A stretch of DNA of 64,000 nucleotides. Source: a virus. Location: IMG/VR virus record IMGVR_UViG_3300032294_002706, positions 65,693 through 129,692 of that record; one strand, 5' to 3'. The translations under genes and the position numbers were made by a program. Numbering within the stretch: the first letter of the stretch is position 1; the number at the start of each line of letters is the position of its first letter. Below the pieces are notes generated by a model. It did not search any database. It was not told the DNA's origin and saw only the letters and a program-made list of their open reading frames with translations. Shown piece after piece: positions 1-9,936 of the stretch.

Positions 1-188
1 GATGTGTACTTCACGTATTGTGGAGCACCGTATGCTGAACTGTACTTTAAGTCAGGATACACGTCAGTTTCATGAATTTCAATCGATTGCTTGTTCTGAT
101 CCCATTGTGGCTGTTGCCCTTTTCCAGGATTCTTCCAAGTGATTGCGAAACTGATTATTGATTCTGCTATTACGCCTTGTTCTGCCAA
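1..188 (-). CDS. hypothetical protein, 5' part only (runs off window)
   Basis: TTG at 186-188 just after the upstream gene's stop; open frame MAEQGVIAESIISFAITWKNPGKGQ... to the window edge. Confidence 0.6.
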   Translation of the reverse strand, partial: MAEQGVIAESIISFAITWKNPGKGQQPQWDQNKQSIEIHETDVYPDLKYSSAYGAPQYVKYT

Positions 189-191
189 TTG

Positions 192-497
192 TTATCCAAG
201 TTCTTTTTCTCCCTGGAACTCTTTTCCACGGTTAGATTTCTTTCGAGTTGGGTCAACTGGTTTGTAGTTAGCCCAAATTTCATTGTAGATTCTGCAAGAA
301 GCCCCCATGAAATTAACGATTCCAACGTACTTCTTACGGTCTTCACCCTTCATTTTAGAGATTTTCTTTCCAATGCTTCGTGCATCGTCCAAGTCCAATT
401 CCTCATCATTCGTCTTACCGACTAGATCTTTAAGAGAATTTTCCTGAACTACATAAGCTTGAAAGGATTGAACCTTATGCTTGTTTTGATCTTTCAT
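192..497 (-). CDS. hypothetical head-associated protein with capsid-targeting-like N-terminal motif
   Basis: 101-aa ORF; KVQSFQAYVVQE near N-terminus; downstream of the major capsid gene. Confidence 0.6.
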   Translation of the reverse strand: MKDQNKHKVQSFQAYVVQENSLKDLVGKTNDEELDLDDARSIGKKISKMKGEDRKKYVGIVNFMGASCRIYNEIWANYKPVDPTRKKSNRGKEFQGEKELG

Positions 498-515
498 TTC
501 AGGATCGCTTTTTTA

Positions 516-881
516 TTACTTAGGCATTTTAGCCATGCTAGGCTCAACTTTCTTGTTGATAGCCTTTCCTTTGATAACTAATTTAGCCATCTTAGGTTCA
601 ACTTCTTTCTTAATTGCACTACCTTTAGTAGTAGGTAACTTAGAAGTCTTTTCGTCAACTGTTTTGTTGATTGATTTACCTTTACGTTTAGGCAGACCAG
701 CCATTTCAGGTTTAACTGATTTGCTGATTGCTCTACCATTTCCTTTAGGAAGATCTGAAGTTTTAGTGTCTACTGACTTGTTAGACTTAGAACCTTTACC
801 TGTAGGCAGGTCAGCCATTTGTTGATCAATTGACTTCTTTTCAAGAAGGAATTCGCCGTAGCTTAGAACTGATTTGCTCAT
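516..881 (-). CDS. Lys-rich repeat protein, putative internal head/DNA-condensing protein
   Basis: SVLSYGEFLLE motif followed by about 5 imperfect 18-19 aa repeats; AATAAATA upstream. Confidence 0.65.
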   Translation of the reverse strand: MSKSVLSYGEFLLEKKSIDQQMADLPTGKGSKSNKSVDTKTSDLPKGNGRAISKSVKPEMAGLPKRKGKSINKTVDEKTSKLPTTKGSAIKKEVEPKMAKLVIKGKAINKKVEPSMAKMPK

Positions 882-916
882 TGTGTTTTATTATTTTATT
901 GTGTCTTTAGGAATAT

Positions 917-924
917 TATTTATT
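917..924 (-). promoter_or_regulatory. T4-type late promoter (AATAAATA)
   Basis: Close to T4 late consensus TATAAATA; upstream of the ATG at 881. Confidence 0.55.
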
Positions 925-944
925 TGAGCTCGAATCATAAAAAC

Positions 945-974
945 AAAAAAAGGCTCTCCAATGGAGAGCCTTTT
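945..974 (-). terminator. intrinsic terminator after the major capsid gene
   Basis: AAAAGGCTCTCCA-A-TGGAGAGCCTTTT perfect inverted repeat with T-tracts. Confidence 0.85.
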
Positions 975-1000
975 ATTATTGTCCTATTTCGTTGTTACGA

Positions 1001-2725
1001 TTAGTAAGAAGCAGAAGGACGAGTTGAACCAGTCAATACTCCTAGGCCAGTTACTTCCATAGTGATGTATTGAGTTTCAGGATGCCATCCAGCCTCAGTG
1101 ATTGCATAACGAGACTTCATACCAATCTTAGGAGAGAAAGTTCCCTCTGCGATAGTTTGAAGAGACTCAGCCATGATGTAAGGTAAGAATTTAACACCTG
1201 GTTCTTCGTCAGCACCTTTACGTCCGATGTGGATACGGTTATCGCTGAACTTCAAGTTAGGATCTACGTAGATGGTTAAACCATGTACTTTACCTGCAGG
1301 ATACAATTGACCTGGAGTAGAAGGTAGATCGTTATTGAATGGAGCGAAAGAGTAACCAGCAACATCAGCAAGAGCAGATGCAACACGACCGTTAGTCACG
1401 ATGTAAGTACCAGCACCAAAACGACCTCTATGATAAATCAAGTTAGCCATTTCAAGAATTTTGGTTACAACACGACGTTGTAGTGTTGAGATGTTCTCGA
1501 AACCAGTTGAACCTACCGTTAGATCAAGGTTACAGATGTTAGCACCTTCAACTGCTTCAAGAGAAGTTTTGTGAGTAGCACCTAAAGTTAATACTCTGTC
1601 AACCAATTTCTTATTGATAGATTGAGCAAGTTCGTTAACCGCTACGTTTTCCAACATAGAGATTACGTCGAAATTCCAAACTCTGTTAAGATCTTGGATT
1701 TGCTCAACTGTTGCAGAGATAGCAACTTGGTCGCCTCTAGCCTCGATGAACTTAGTGAACATACGAAGACCCATTTGACGGAATTTAGAAACCTCAGCTG
1801 TAGCACGAGTCATTCCACCAAAGTTAGCTTGAGAACCAGTAGATCCTAAGAAAGGACCGTCTACGTCTGTAGCTTCAGTTGAACCTGTACCAGTCCATTC
1901 AGTATCACTTAATGACGTGAAACCAGAGATGTGGTTTTCAAGAGCTGAAACTAATTCGAATTTCTCAGTTGTTGCGAAAGTGAATAGAGCAGAACCAGTT
2001 ACTGCATAAGCACCAGAGCTGATCGCAGAAACCGCTTTAAGAACTGGAGAACCAACCATGTAGTCTTGGATAGCAAAACTAGCCGAGTCAATAGAAGAGA
2101 TTACTTTGAAGATAGGAGAACCATCAACACGAGATCTTCCAACGAATTGAATGATCAAGTCATCAGTTCCTGATCCAGTAGCACCATCGATACCGTAGAT
2201 AGTACCTGCAGTCATTGCTGAAATCAAACCAGATGATGCACCAGTTAATTTAACTAGGAACGGCTCGTATTGCTTGTCAACGTTACCGCCTTGGTAAACA
2301 TAATCCAAATAAGGTAGGAAACCTACAGGAGAATCCATAGGAACTACACCAACTAGGTCGAAACCAATAGTTTTAGCAGCAACTTGGATAGCTACTGGTA
2401 AAAGGCTTGGAAATTTATCACCAGAACCTGATACAGTTGAACCGTAACCTGCTTTAGTAGCACCACCACCAGTGAACGGAGTCATTGAAGAAGTTGGAGC
2501 TGAAATAGCGCCCATTGCGCTGATTGAACCTGGTTGTTGTAGGAATAATCCTGGAGCAACCGAAGATTCGTTGATAGCACCTGCGTTATCGAAGATAGCA
2601 TGGTTGTGAGCTAAGTCAACTAACCAAGGACGAGAATTGATGTCTGCGCCGTAACCTTCTAAAACTGGAGCCCATGTTTCTTTGATTGAAGCGTCATTCA
2701 ATCTTTTGAAAATTTTTGTTGCCAT
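1001..2725 (-). CDS. gp23: major capsid protein, T4 gp23-like
   Basis: W-x-P-V-L-E N-terminus, DLVGVVPMDSPVG, TVEQIQDL, ELAQSINK, YIVTNGRVASAL, PKIGMKSRYA; follows the prohead protease. Confidence 0.95.
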   Translation of the reverse strand: MATKIFKRLNDASIKETWAPVLEGYGADINSRPWLVDLAHNHAIFDNAGAINESSVAPGLFLQQPGSISAMGAISAPTSSMTPFTGGGATKAGYGSTVSGSGDKFPSLLPVAIQVAAKTIGFDLVGVVPMDSPVGFLPYLDYVYQGGNVDKQYEPFLVKLTGASSGLISAMTAGTIYGIDGATGSGTDDLIIQFVGRSRVDGSPIFKVISSIDSASFAIQDYMVGSPVLKAVSAISSGAYAVTGSALFTFATTEKFELVSALENHISGFTSLSDTEWTGTGSTEATDVDGPFLGSTGSQANFGGMTRATAEVSKFRQMGLRMFTKFIEARGDQVAISATVEQIQDLNRVWNFDVISMLENVAVNELAQSINKKLVDRVLTLGATHKTSLEAVEGANICNLDLTVGSTGFENISTLQRRVVTKILEMANLIYHRGRFGAGTYIVTNGRVASALADVAGYSFAPFNNDLPSTPGQLYPAGKVHGLTIYVDPNLKFSDNRIHIGRKGADEEPGVKFLPYIMAESLQTIAEGTFSPKIGMKSRYAITEAGWHPETQYITMEVTGLGVLTGSTRPSASY

Positions 2726-2744
2726 TTTGTTTTAAAATGTTTTT

Positions 2745-4736
2745 TTAGTTTTGTGCTCTTCTTTGGAGCATTTCAATGTAAGAATTAGAGTAGCCTCTTA
2801 GACTTTCATTGACTTGTTTTAACGAGACATAACCTTCTTTACCTTGGTTTTCGTTAATTGTTTGATTATTTATATTTGCTTGAGTAGCAATTCTTTCACT
2901 AATTCCTCTAAGATTACGTGAATCCCAGAAAGCTTTAACTTGGTATGGAGTGTTCAACGACATGTTGTTAGCTTGTGCTGAAATCCAATTTTTTTCACTG
3001 TCTGTCATGCTTTCGTATAGTTCTTTGTATTGAGCAGGCATGAATTTAACGTAGTTAGGAGTGTTTTCAACGTGCTTGTTAAGAACGGCTTCCATGATAT
3101 TAACTACTTCGTCTTCTGTGAAGAAGATAGCACCTCTCATTGTCTCAACGATTGCTGTTTTAGACGCTTGATCCAAGTTGTAAAATGCTTGTTTTCTAGC
3201 TTCGCTTAACAATTTTAAGAAAGGATATTTACCTTCCAATACTGCATTTGCTGTATTTGATTTGATATGTGTTAAGATACCGTCAACTGCATTAACTAAA
3301 TCATCAACTGATGAAGTTTCGGAGATTTCAAAATCAGCGCTTTCGTTTAATTTTTTAACCTCTCCCAATAGAGAACGAGTTTTAGCTGTTGCTCCAGGAA
3401 TCATTTTTTCATTTAAAGATTCAGCGATGTAGCTAGAATACTTGATACCTTTATCTAAGTTTTCTCCTAAATAGTTAGAATATTGAATTGTTGCATCAAG
3501 ATTCTCAGCTAAATAGTTAGAGAATTTAATTCCGTTCTCTGCGTGTTCTGCAACGTGCTCAGCATATTGAATGCTTAGATCAACGTTCTCAGCTAGGTAG
3601 TTTGCGTACTCTACTGTTTTTTCAACATTTTCTGCAACGTATTCAGCGTAGTTAGCTGTTTCATTTACTTTTTTACCTAAGTAATCAGAGTAAGCAATGT
3701 TCTTTTGAACTTTGTCTCCTAAGTAATCAGAGTAGTCAATTACGTTGTTTACTTTTTCTGCAACGTGTTCAGTGTAATTAACACTTTGATTCATCATTGT
3801 TGAAAGGTAGTTAGTATATTCAACTAGGCTTTCCATTTCGCCAGCTAAGTAGTTTACGTACTCAACCATTTTCGAAACTACTGGTGATTCATCAGTTGAA
3901 GCGTTTTCAGAGATCTTTTGAAGACCTTTATTGTTTTTAGAGATGCTCTCTTGTAAAGCTGAGAATTTCTTTTTAACCAATTCGGAGTATTGGTTCATCT
4001 CGTCTTTTGTTACAAACTCATTAGCCATTTGCTGTGTATTATTTTGTTTAGTTGGTGTTTCAGAATTATTTATTTTATAGATTCTCACAGAATCTTCAAA
4101 ATTGAAGTTTTCAGAAATATCCGTTAATTTATTGGTAATTGCAGTAGTCTTTAGATTATCTAAAGATTCAAAAATCGCTGAGAAACTGCCTTGTAAGCTT
4201 TCAGATACCTGAGATAGGGAAGCTTGTGAGAAACCTGGTTCAGCTACCAGATCGTAAGTGAATATCTTGTGTAGTTTAACCTTGCCGTTCTGATCAACAT
4301 TACCTGCTGCTCTAGAAGATACTGAGGTTGTACAGCCAGATTCAACCAAGGTCTTTGCGATCTTTCCGCATGGAGTATCAAGAAGGCGTAGTCTAATCTT
4401 TACGCTATTCGAACTTTCGTCGTATGTAAGATCTTCAATTACGTGAGATACGTTAGCTAAGGAAATATCGAATTTTTGTGGATGATCAAGTTCACCAAAG
4501 AGTCTGCGCTCTTCGATCTTCTTGTTTAAATACTGTAAGTGAGGTAAGTACTCGTTCTTTTCGTATACACGATTGTTTTCGTTTACGACTCCAAAAACGG
4601 CAGCAGTACCTTCAAGAATAACGTCACCGTTAGTTTCTTTAGTTACAGTAACGGCCTCGTTAATTCTTTCAATGATGAACACTGAATTTTCAGGAATAAC
4701 CGTTTGGTTTAGGTTAGCGATTTTAGTATTACTCAA
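2745..4736 (-). CDS. gp21: prohead protease (T4 gp21-like) fused to repeat-containing scaffold/core protein
   Basis: NENNRVY, GELDHP, VSH, LLDTPCG, VSSRAAG, YDLVAEPGF protease motifs; long coiled-coil C-terminal region. Confidence 0.9.
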   Translation of the reverse strand: MSNTKIANLNQTVIPENSVFIIERINEAVTVTKETNGDVILEGTAAVFGVVNENNRVYEKNEYLPHLQYLNKKIEERRLFGELDHPQKFDISLANVSHVIEDLTYDESSNSVKIRLRLLDTPCGKIAKTLVESGCTTSVSSRAAGNVDQNGKVKLHKIFTYDLVAEPGFSQASLSQVSESLQGSFSAIFESLDNLKTTAITNKLTDISENFNFEDSVRIYKINNSETPTKQNNTQQMANEFVTKDEMNQYSELVKKKFSALQESISKNNKGLQKISENASTDESPVVSKMVEYVNYLAGEMESLVEYTNYLSTMMNQSVNYTEHVAEKVNNVIDYSDYLGDKVQKNIAYSDYLGKKVNETANYAEYVAENVEKTVEYANYLAENVDLSIQYAEHVAEHAENGIKFSNYLAENLDATIQYSNYLGENLDKGIKYSSYIAESLNEKMIPGATAKTRSLLGEVKKLNESADFEISETSSVDDLVNAVDGILTHIKSNTANAVLEGKYPFLKLLSEARKQAFYNLDQASKTAIVETMRGAIFFTEDEVVNIMEAVLNKHVENTPNYVKFMPAQYKELYESMTDSEKNWISAQANNMSLNTPYQVKAFWDSRNLRGISERIATQANINNQTINENQGKEGYVSLKQVNESLRGYSNSYIEMLQRRAQN
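3408..3869 (-). repeat. 11 tandem 14-aa (42-nt) repeats in the scaffold region
   Basis: MVEYVNYLAGEMES / LVEYTNYLSTMMNQ / SVNYTEHVAEKVNN ... GIKYSSYIAESLNE. Confidence 0.85.
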
Positions 4737-4756
4737 CGTAATTCGGCTTTTTTGAT

Positions 4757-4764
4757 TATTTATA
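4757..4764 (-). promoter_or_regulatory. T4-type late promoter (TATAAATA)
   Basis: Exact T4 late consensus about 20 nt upstream of the protease start. Confidence 0.75.
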
Positions 4765-4800
4765 CGTGCCCCCTTTCATATAAGGTGAGCAGTACTATCA

Positions 4801-5694
4801 TTATTTATTAAAGTCGAGTAGCAAGTCTTTTAAAATCTGTAGTTTTTCTTCACTAATTTTTGAAAAATCCGGTTTGGTCACAATTATCTTGAATACGTAA
4901 TTGCCCCTATTGCCGAAGGCTGAAACCAGTCCCTGATTGGGTATTCTGACAGTAATGTCATTAAGGGTGTCCCGATTAAAGGATTTTATTCGATATTTCT
5001 TACCTAGCCGACTCTCTAGTAGAGTCTCTTCATTAAATAGCACATCGTGTAATGACAGTTCAATTCGTTGAACGATATCACTTTGATCAATTGCAAGTTC
5101 TAATAGATCAATGTTTACTCTAACAATTAGATCTCCGGTTGCTAACATTTTTCTGGCCCTGCCAAAGAAATCAGTTTCATTTATCTCTTGTACGGAACCT
5201 CCGCCCCTAATCTTTAGCAGAATACAGTATCTGCCATTTTCAAAGGTGATAGGATAGCCGTTCTCTGCTAGGTTTACCGATACCTTTACGTTCTTCATTT
5301 CGGAGCTTTTTGAACCTCCTACCTCTTTGGTAATGGAATACTGAACATCAAATGAAGTTCCTTCCATTAATTCTTTAATTGATGCCCATTTATCGACAGT
5401 GTGAGTTAGATTCTTTAGATTAGACCTGTGTCCGCCAAATGAAAAATCCTGAAAACTGTCATAGAAGTTATTATGATGGCCGCGTGGACCACGACTTGCA
5501 TCGTATGTCTTACGTTTAGCTGCATTACCTAGAGTTTCGTATGCTTCTGCAATCTCTTTGAACTTATCCTCAGATTCCTTGCTTCCTCCATTTTTGTCAG
5601 GATGGTGTTCGGTCACAAGCTTACGATATGCCTTTTTGATTTCCTCTTGAGAAGCAGTTTCTGCAACTCCTAACGTTTCATAATAATTTTTCAA
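4801..5694 (-). CDS. dnaJ: DnaJ-family co-chaperone (J domain plus C-terminal domain, no Zn finger)
   Basis: NYYETLGV...IKKAYRKL...HHPDKN...AYETL; GDLIVRV. Confidence 0.85.
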   Translation of the reverse strand: MKNYYETLGVAETASQEEIKKAYRKLVTEHHPDKNGGSKESEDKFKEIAEAYETLGNAAKRKTYDASRGPRGHHNNFYDSFQDFSFGGHRSNLKNLTHTVDKWASIKELMEGTSFDVQYSITKEVGGSKSSEMKNVKVSVNLAENGYPITFENGRYCILLKIRGGGSVQEINETDFFGRARKMLATGDLIVRVNIDLLELAIDQSDIVQRIELSLHDVLFNEETLLESRLGKKYRIKSFNRDTLNDITVRIPNQGLVSAFGNRGNYVFKIIVTKPDFSKISEEKLQILKDLLLDFNK

Positions 5695-5785
5695 TGATTA
5701 AATCTAGTATGATATTTACAGTATAATACTAAATACCTTCAACAAGTTTATCTTGTCAATAAATAAGAAAAAGTAAAATTCTCAA

Positions 5786-7822
5786 GTGAAAACAGTATTA
5801 TTTACCTACTATGCCAATCCGGCACAAGACATTTTTCTAGAAAACGTTGAATCACTACTTAAAAATAGTGCATGTGAATATGACGAAATTGTTATTTGTT
5901 CTCAGATAGACGTACCAGTTAAAATAATAAAGGCCTTGTCAAAGCACGCAATAGTAAGCCGAGTTTTTCCGGATCACAATGCACAACAAGCAAAAAGATC
6001 ATCCAATCCAAATCGTTCTTATAAAGTCAGCCCATTCATGCTAACTGCTCTATCTTATAAGGAATCGATAGTTACTGTTTTTGATTCTCAGTTATTCGTG
6101 ATTAGCCCAATAGCTAATTATTCAGGCAATAATATCTTTTATAAGAACCACCGAGGAGCATTAATCACGCAGCTTTTTACAATCGTTAATACCGAATCAA
6201 CTGCCAATCTATTAATAAAGAGTTTAATTGACTGTGATTTCACAGATGATTCAACTAGCCATAAATTCACATTCATTATCGCAAACGCTGTACCGTTCAA
6301 TACTGCAACTATTTACGACAAGGCGTTCATATTCAGCGATCCTTCCGAGCATGATGTTATAAATGAGGATAAGCTAATTGCGTTTGACCTATCAGAGACA
6401 ATGACCTCGTCCATGATACATAAGCAGATGTGGGCCATTCGAAAAACCTACATTCCAAAAGTTTCAACCCTAACTAAAATTGCAAATCATGCAAATTCAA
6501 TAGTTTCAACGGCAGTCGCCGCGATTCAAGAGGTTGAAATGCCATTCACAAAGACCGGCAGTCATGATCCAGTAATATTATTCAAATACACTTCAAGGAG
6601 TCGACCTGATCAGTTTTATCGAGGTTTGATTAGTATCATCAATAAATGTTCAAGTCCAAACTATTTAATATTGTGTAGTTTCGATCATAACGATCCAGCA
6701 TTACCTACTTATTTAGAATACATCAAGGATTTGAATGATGACCGACTCACAGTCTGTTTAGGAGATAGTAAAAGCAAAATTGACGCAATAAATAGAGATA
6801 TTAATACATACGATAAGCATTGGGATATTGTTGTTAACATGTCAGACGATATGATTTTCACAAAGAATGGATTTGACTTAATAATAAAAAGCGATTTCAT
6901 TCAATACTTTCCAAAGTTTGATGGGGTAATGCACTATCCTGATCAAGATGCCGGCGAAAAATTAATGACTCTATCGATACTAGGTAGAAATTATTATCTT
7001 CGATTCAATTACATATACCATCCAGACTATTCATCTCTATGGTGTGATAACGAAGCAATGGAAGTATCAATAATGCTTGGAAAATATCGATACTCTTCGG
7101 TCCGAATGTTCGATCACATTCACCCAGCATACGGCCATTGTCAAACTGACGAGCAATATAAACACACTGAATCTTTTTACCACGCAGATAATGCGGTGTA
7201 CTTACAGAGAAAGGCTAGAGGTTTTAAATTAAAGTTTGCAATATTAATTGCAACAATTGAGACCCGAAAACCTCAGTTTGAAAAACTAAGAAGTTTCTTA
7301 CAATCTCAAATAGTTAAAAATTCTCTAGTTGGTCAATGCGAAATAGTCCACATTAGTGATAACAAGGAGATCTCAGTTGGATTAAAAAGACAACGCCTAT
7401 TGGAAATAGCCAATAGTAATTACGTTGCATTCATAGACGATGATGATTGGGTTAGCGATGATTACTTACCAATGATCATAAATTCAATAGATTCAAATTC
7501 ACCAGATTCAATTGGATTTTTAATTAGATGCACATTTGACAGATCTTCGCCAATCATGGCAAAAGCCTCAAACAAATATGCAGATTGGGCAGAAGACATT
7601 GACGGATACAAGTACGTTAGAACACCTTATCACAAAACTCCAATCAGGAGAGACCTCGCCATTCAAATAGGATTTAAAGACATTCGATATGCTGAAGATC
7701 ACGATTACAGTCGTAGATTAAAAGCTGCAGGTCTAATAAGAAAAGAAGATTTTATCGACTCTCCTCTCTACTATTATAGTTATGTACATGAGAATCCAAA
7801 TACAAAATACGGTTTAAAATAA
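5786..7822 (+). CDS. multidomain glycosyltransferase (GT-A/GT2-like domains)
   Basis: SRSRP, SKIDAIN, MSDD, and C-terminal FIDDDD, AEDHDYS motifs. Confidence 0.75.
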   Translation: MKTVLFTYYANPAQDIFLENVESLLKNSACEYDEIVICSQIDVPVKIIKALSKHAIVSRVFPDHNAQQAKRSSNPNRSYKVSPFMLTALSYKESIVTVFDSQLFVISPIANYSGNNIFYKNHRGALITQLFTIVNTESTANLLIKSLIDCDFTDDSTSHKFTFIIANAVPFNTATIYDKAFIFSDPSEHDVINEDKLIAFDLSETMTSSMIHKQMWAIRKTYIPKVSTLTKIANHANSIVSTAVAAIQEVEMPFTKTGSHDPVILFKYTSRSRPDQFYRGLISIINKCSSPNYLILCSFDHNDPALPTYLEYIKDLNDDRLTVCLGDSKSKIDAINRDINTYDKHWDIVVNMSDDMIFTKNGFDLIIKSDFIQYFPKFDGVMHYPDQDAGEKLMTLSILGRNYYLRFNYIYHPDYSSLWCDNEAMEVSIMLGKYRYSSVRMFDHIHPAYGHCQTDEQYKHTESFYHADNAVYLQRKARGFKLKFAILIATIETRKPQFEKLRSFLQSQIVKNSLVGQCEIVHISDNKEISVGLKRQRLLEIANSNYVAFIDDDDWVSDDYLPMIINSIDSNSPDSIGFLIRCTFDRSSPIMAKASNKYADWAEDIDGYKYVRTPYHKTPIRRDLAIQIGFKDIRYAEDHDYSRRLKAAGLIRKEDFIDSPLYYYSYVHENPNTKYGLK

Positions 7823-7825
7823 AAA

Positions 7826-8503
7826 ATGGAAGCAAGTAAAGTTAAAGTTTGCATACTAAATGCATCGAACGGAACAGGCTGGTATCCAGTAGGATCACAT
7901 AGACTTAAAAGATCATTAATCCATCATGGATATGCTCATGATCTTTTATTTTTCAATAATTGGCCAAACAATGAGTTTGATAAAATGTGTCCTTATAATA
8001 TAAAAGCAGCCGCCTTTGCTGAGGCCTTGAAGAAGGACTACGATATTATATTATGGGCAGATTGCTCGGTATGGGCAATTGACTATCCGTATCCGGTTCT
8101 AGACATAATAAATCATGACGGCTATTACTTTTGGAGATCTGGATATACATGCGATCAAACTTGTTCAGATGCATGCCTAGATTATTTTGGAGTCGACAGA
8201 GATACTGCCGAGACTTATCAAGATGTTTCAACTTCCCTATTTGGAATCCATACAAAAAACGAACTTGGAGCAAGATTCATTAATGAATGGCTACAGTCAG
8301 CAAAGGACGGCCAATTTAAAGGATCTAGAGAACACGACGGTCAGTCTAAAGATCCTAGATTTCTATTCCACCGCCAAGATCAATCATGTGCAAGCCTTAT
8401 CGCGAATAAGCTTGGGCTAAAGATTCACAATGAAGGCGATCACATTCAATATTACAAGAAAAAACAACCCGACAATCTCATATTCACAATGAGAGGTCTT
8501 TAA
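7826..8503 (+). CDS. putative glycosyltransferase
   Basis: ILWADCS and HRQDQS motifs; inside the glycosylation cluster. Confidence 0.6.
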   Translation: MEASKVKVCILNASNGTGWYPVGSHRLKRSLIHHGYAHDLLFFNNWPNNEFDKMCPYNIKAAAFAEALKKDYDIILWADCSVWAIDYPYPVLDIINHDGYYFWRSGYTCDQTCSDACLDYFGVDRDTAETYQDVSTSLFGIHTKNELGARFINEWLQSAKDGQFKGSREHDGQSKDPRFLFHRQDQSCASLIANKLGLKIHNEGDHIQYYKKKQPDNLIFTMRGL

Positions 8504-8516
8504 AAAACTCAAATTT

Positions 8517-9140
8517 ATGTATTCACAAAACGACGAAGAAACAATTCTTTTACAACACCTAACTTTACCAACTGGCACGTTGCTTGATATTGGAGCAAAT
8601 GACGGAAAAACTCTCTCAAATTCATTAGCTTTAATCGAAAGAGGCTGGTCTGCTGCCTTGGTTGAACCTGCCAAAATTCCATTTTCAAAATTAGTGGAGT
8701 TACATAAAGACAATCAAAATGTCCAGTGTATTAATTTAGCGATAGGAACTCAAATCGGCGAACTCAAATTTTACTCTAGCGGTACTCACCTGAAAGCCGG
8801 CGACACTGATCTTCTTTCAACTCTGTGTGAATCGGAATTGGATCGATGGGCCGGTACCGACAATGAATTTACTGAAGAGACAGTATCCGTTGTCGATTTT
8901 AAAACATTCTTAGACCATTCTAATTTCAAGAAATTCGATCTGGTCTTGATTGATGCAGAAGGCCTTGATTATGAGATTCTAACTCAGATCGACCTTAATC
9001 AAATTGAGTGTTCAATGATTGTGGTTGAGACGAACAGCAAGGATGATGCTAAGTACATCAAGTATTGTGAATCATTCGGTTTTAAACAAATTCATAAGAC
9101 TTACGAAAACTTAATTTTTTCAAAAAATCAAAATTCGTAA
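8517..9140 (+). CDS. FkbM-family methyltransferase
   Basis: YSQN, LDIGANDG, VEP, IDAEGLD. Confidence 0.9.
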   Translation: MYSQNDEETILLQHLTLPTGTLLDIGANDGKTLSNSLALIERGWSAALVEPAKIPFSKLVELHKDNQNVQCINLAIGTQIGELKFYSSGTHLKAGDTDLLSTLCESELDRWAGTDNEFTEETVSVVDFKTFLDHSNFKKFDLVLIDAEGLDYEILTQIDLNQIECSMIVVETNSKDDAKYIKYCESFGFKQIHKTYENLIFSKNQNS

Positions 9141-9923
9141 ATGGCTCACTTGGACATAACAGCCGGCACAGGCTTTTTTTCATGCTCAACTGAAGCTCTG
9201 TTAAATTTGGTAATTTACTCATCACTAAATGGGAGAATTCCAAATTCAATCGATCGTAGTAAACAATACGAGTATCATAAGAGCGATTCTATTACTGACC
9301 TGATTCCATATTACTTTGAAGAATCAGCTGAGCCTTTTGATGTCCCTCAAGGAGTTCAAATAAATTCAGACGGAGTCTATTCTCAATTCTGCGATTATCG
9401 AACGATCCAATTCGATGCAATGAAGGCCTACTTACTAAAGTACTTTCAGCCAAGTAAGAGAGTCAAGAATCGTGAGTCGGAGTTCATTCGTAATTACGAA
9501 ATTTCTCCTGAAAATACTTGCGCTATTTTCTATAGAGGAAACGATAAATCTAGAGAAACTACTATCGCCAACTACTCTGAATTTATTGCACAGGCTAAAA
9601 TAGTCAAAACTGAAAATCCGACAATTGAATTCCTAGTTCAAACTGACGAAACTGAATTTCTTGAACTATTTTTAAGAGAGTTCCCTGATGCTAAGTACAT
9701 ATCTGAAATTCCAAGAATTTCTAAGCAGGACAATTGGGTTACTCAAACTCTAAATAGAGATTCTCGTCCAGATTTCGGAGTAGACTTCTTTAGTTCAGTT
9801 TTAATACTCGCAAAGTGCAAATCTCTCATAACTCACTCCGGGAATTGCGGATTTTGGAGCGTTCTTTATAGAGGCTCGTTCGATGGAGTACGCCAATGGC
9901 AAAATGATCATTGGATAATTTAA
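9141..9923 (+). CDS. putative fucosyltransferase-like (NodZ/GT23-like) protein
   Basis: IFYRGNDK, VQTDE, LAKCKSLI..SGN motifs. Confidence 0.6.
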   Translation: MAHLDITAGTGFFSCSTEALLNLVIYSSLNGRIPNSIDRSKQYEYHKSDSITDLIPYYFEESAEPFDVPQGVQINSDGVYSQFCDYRTIQFDAMKAYLLKYFQPSKRVKNRESEFIRNYEISPENTCAIFYRGNDKSRETTIANYSEFIAQAKIVKTENPTIEFLVQTDETEFLELFLREFPDAKYISEIPRISKQDNWVTQTLNRDSRPDFGVDFFSSVLILAKCKSLITHSGNCGFWSVLYRGSFDGVRQWQNDHWII

Positions 9924-9936
9924 AAAATTTATTATT

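Noticed and set aside
535-825. Antisense ORFs such as 535-825, 44519-45058, 56059-56379, 57517-57831, 63248-63610
   Set aside because: They lie opposite well-supported genes and have shadow-like composition.
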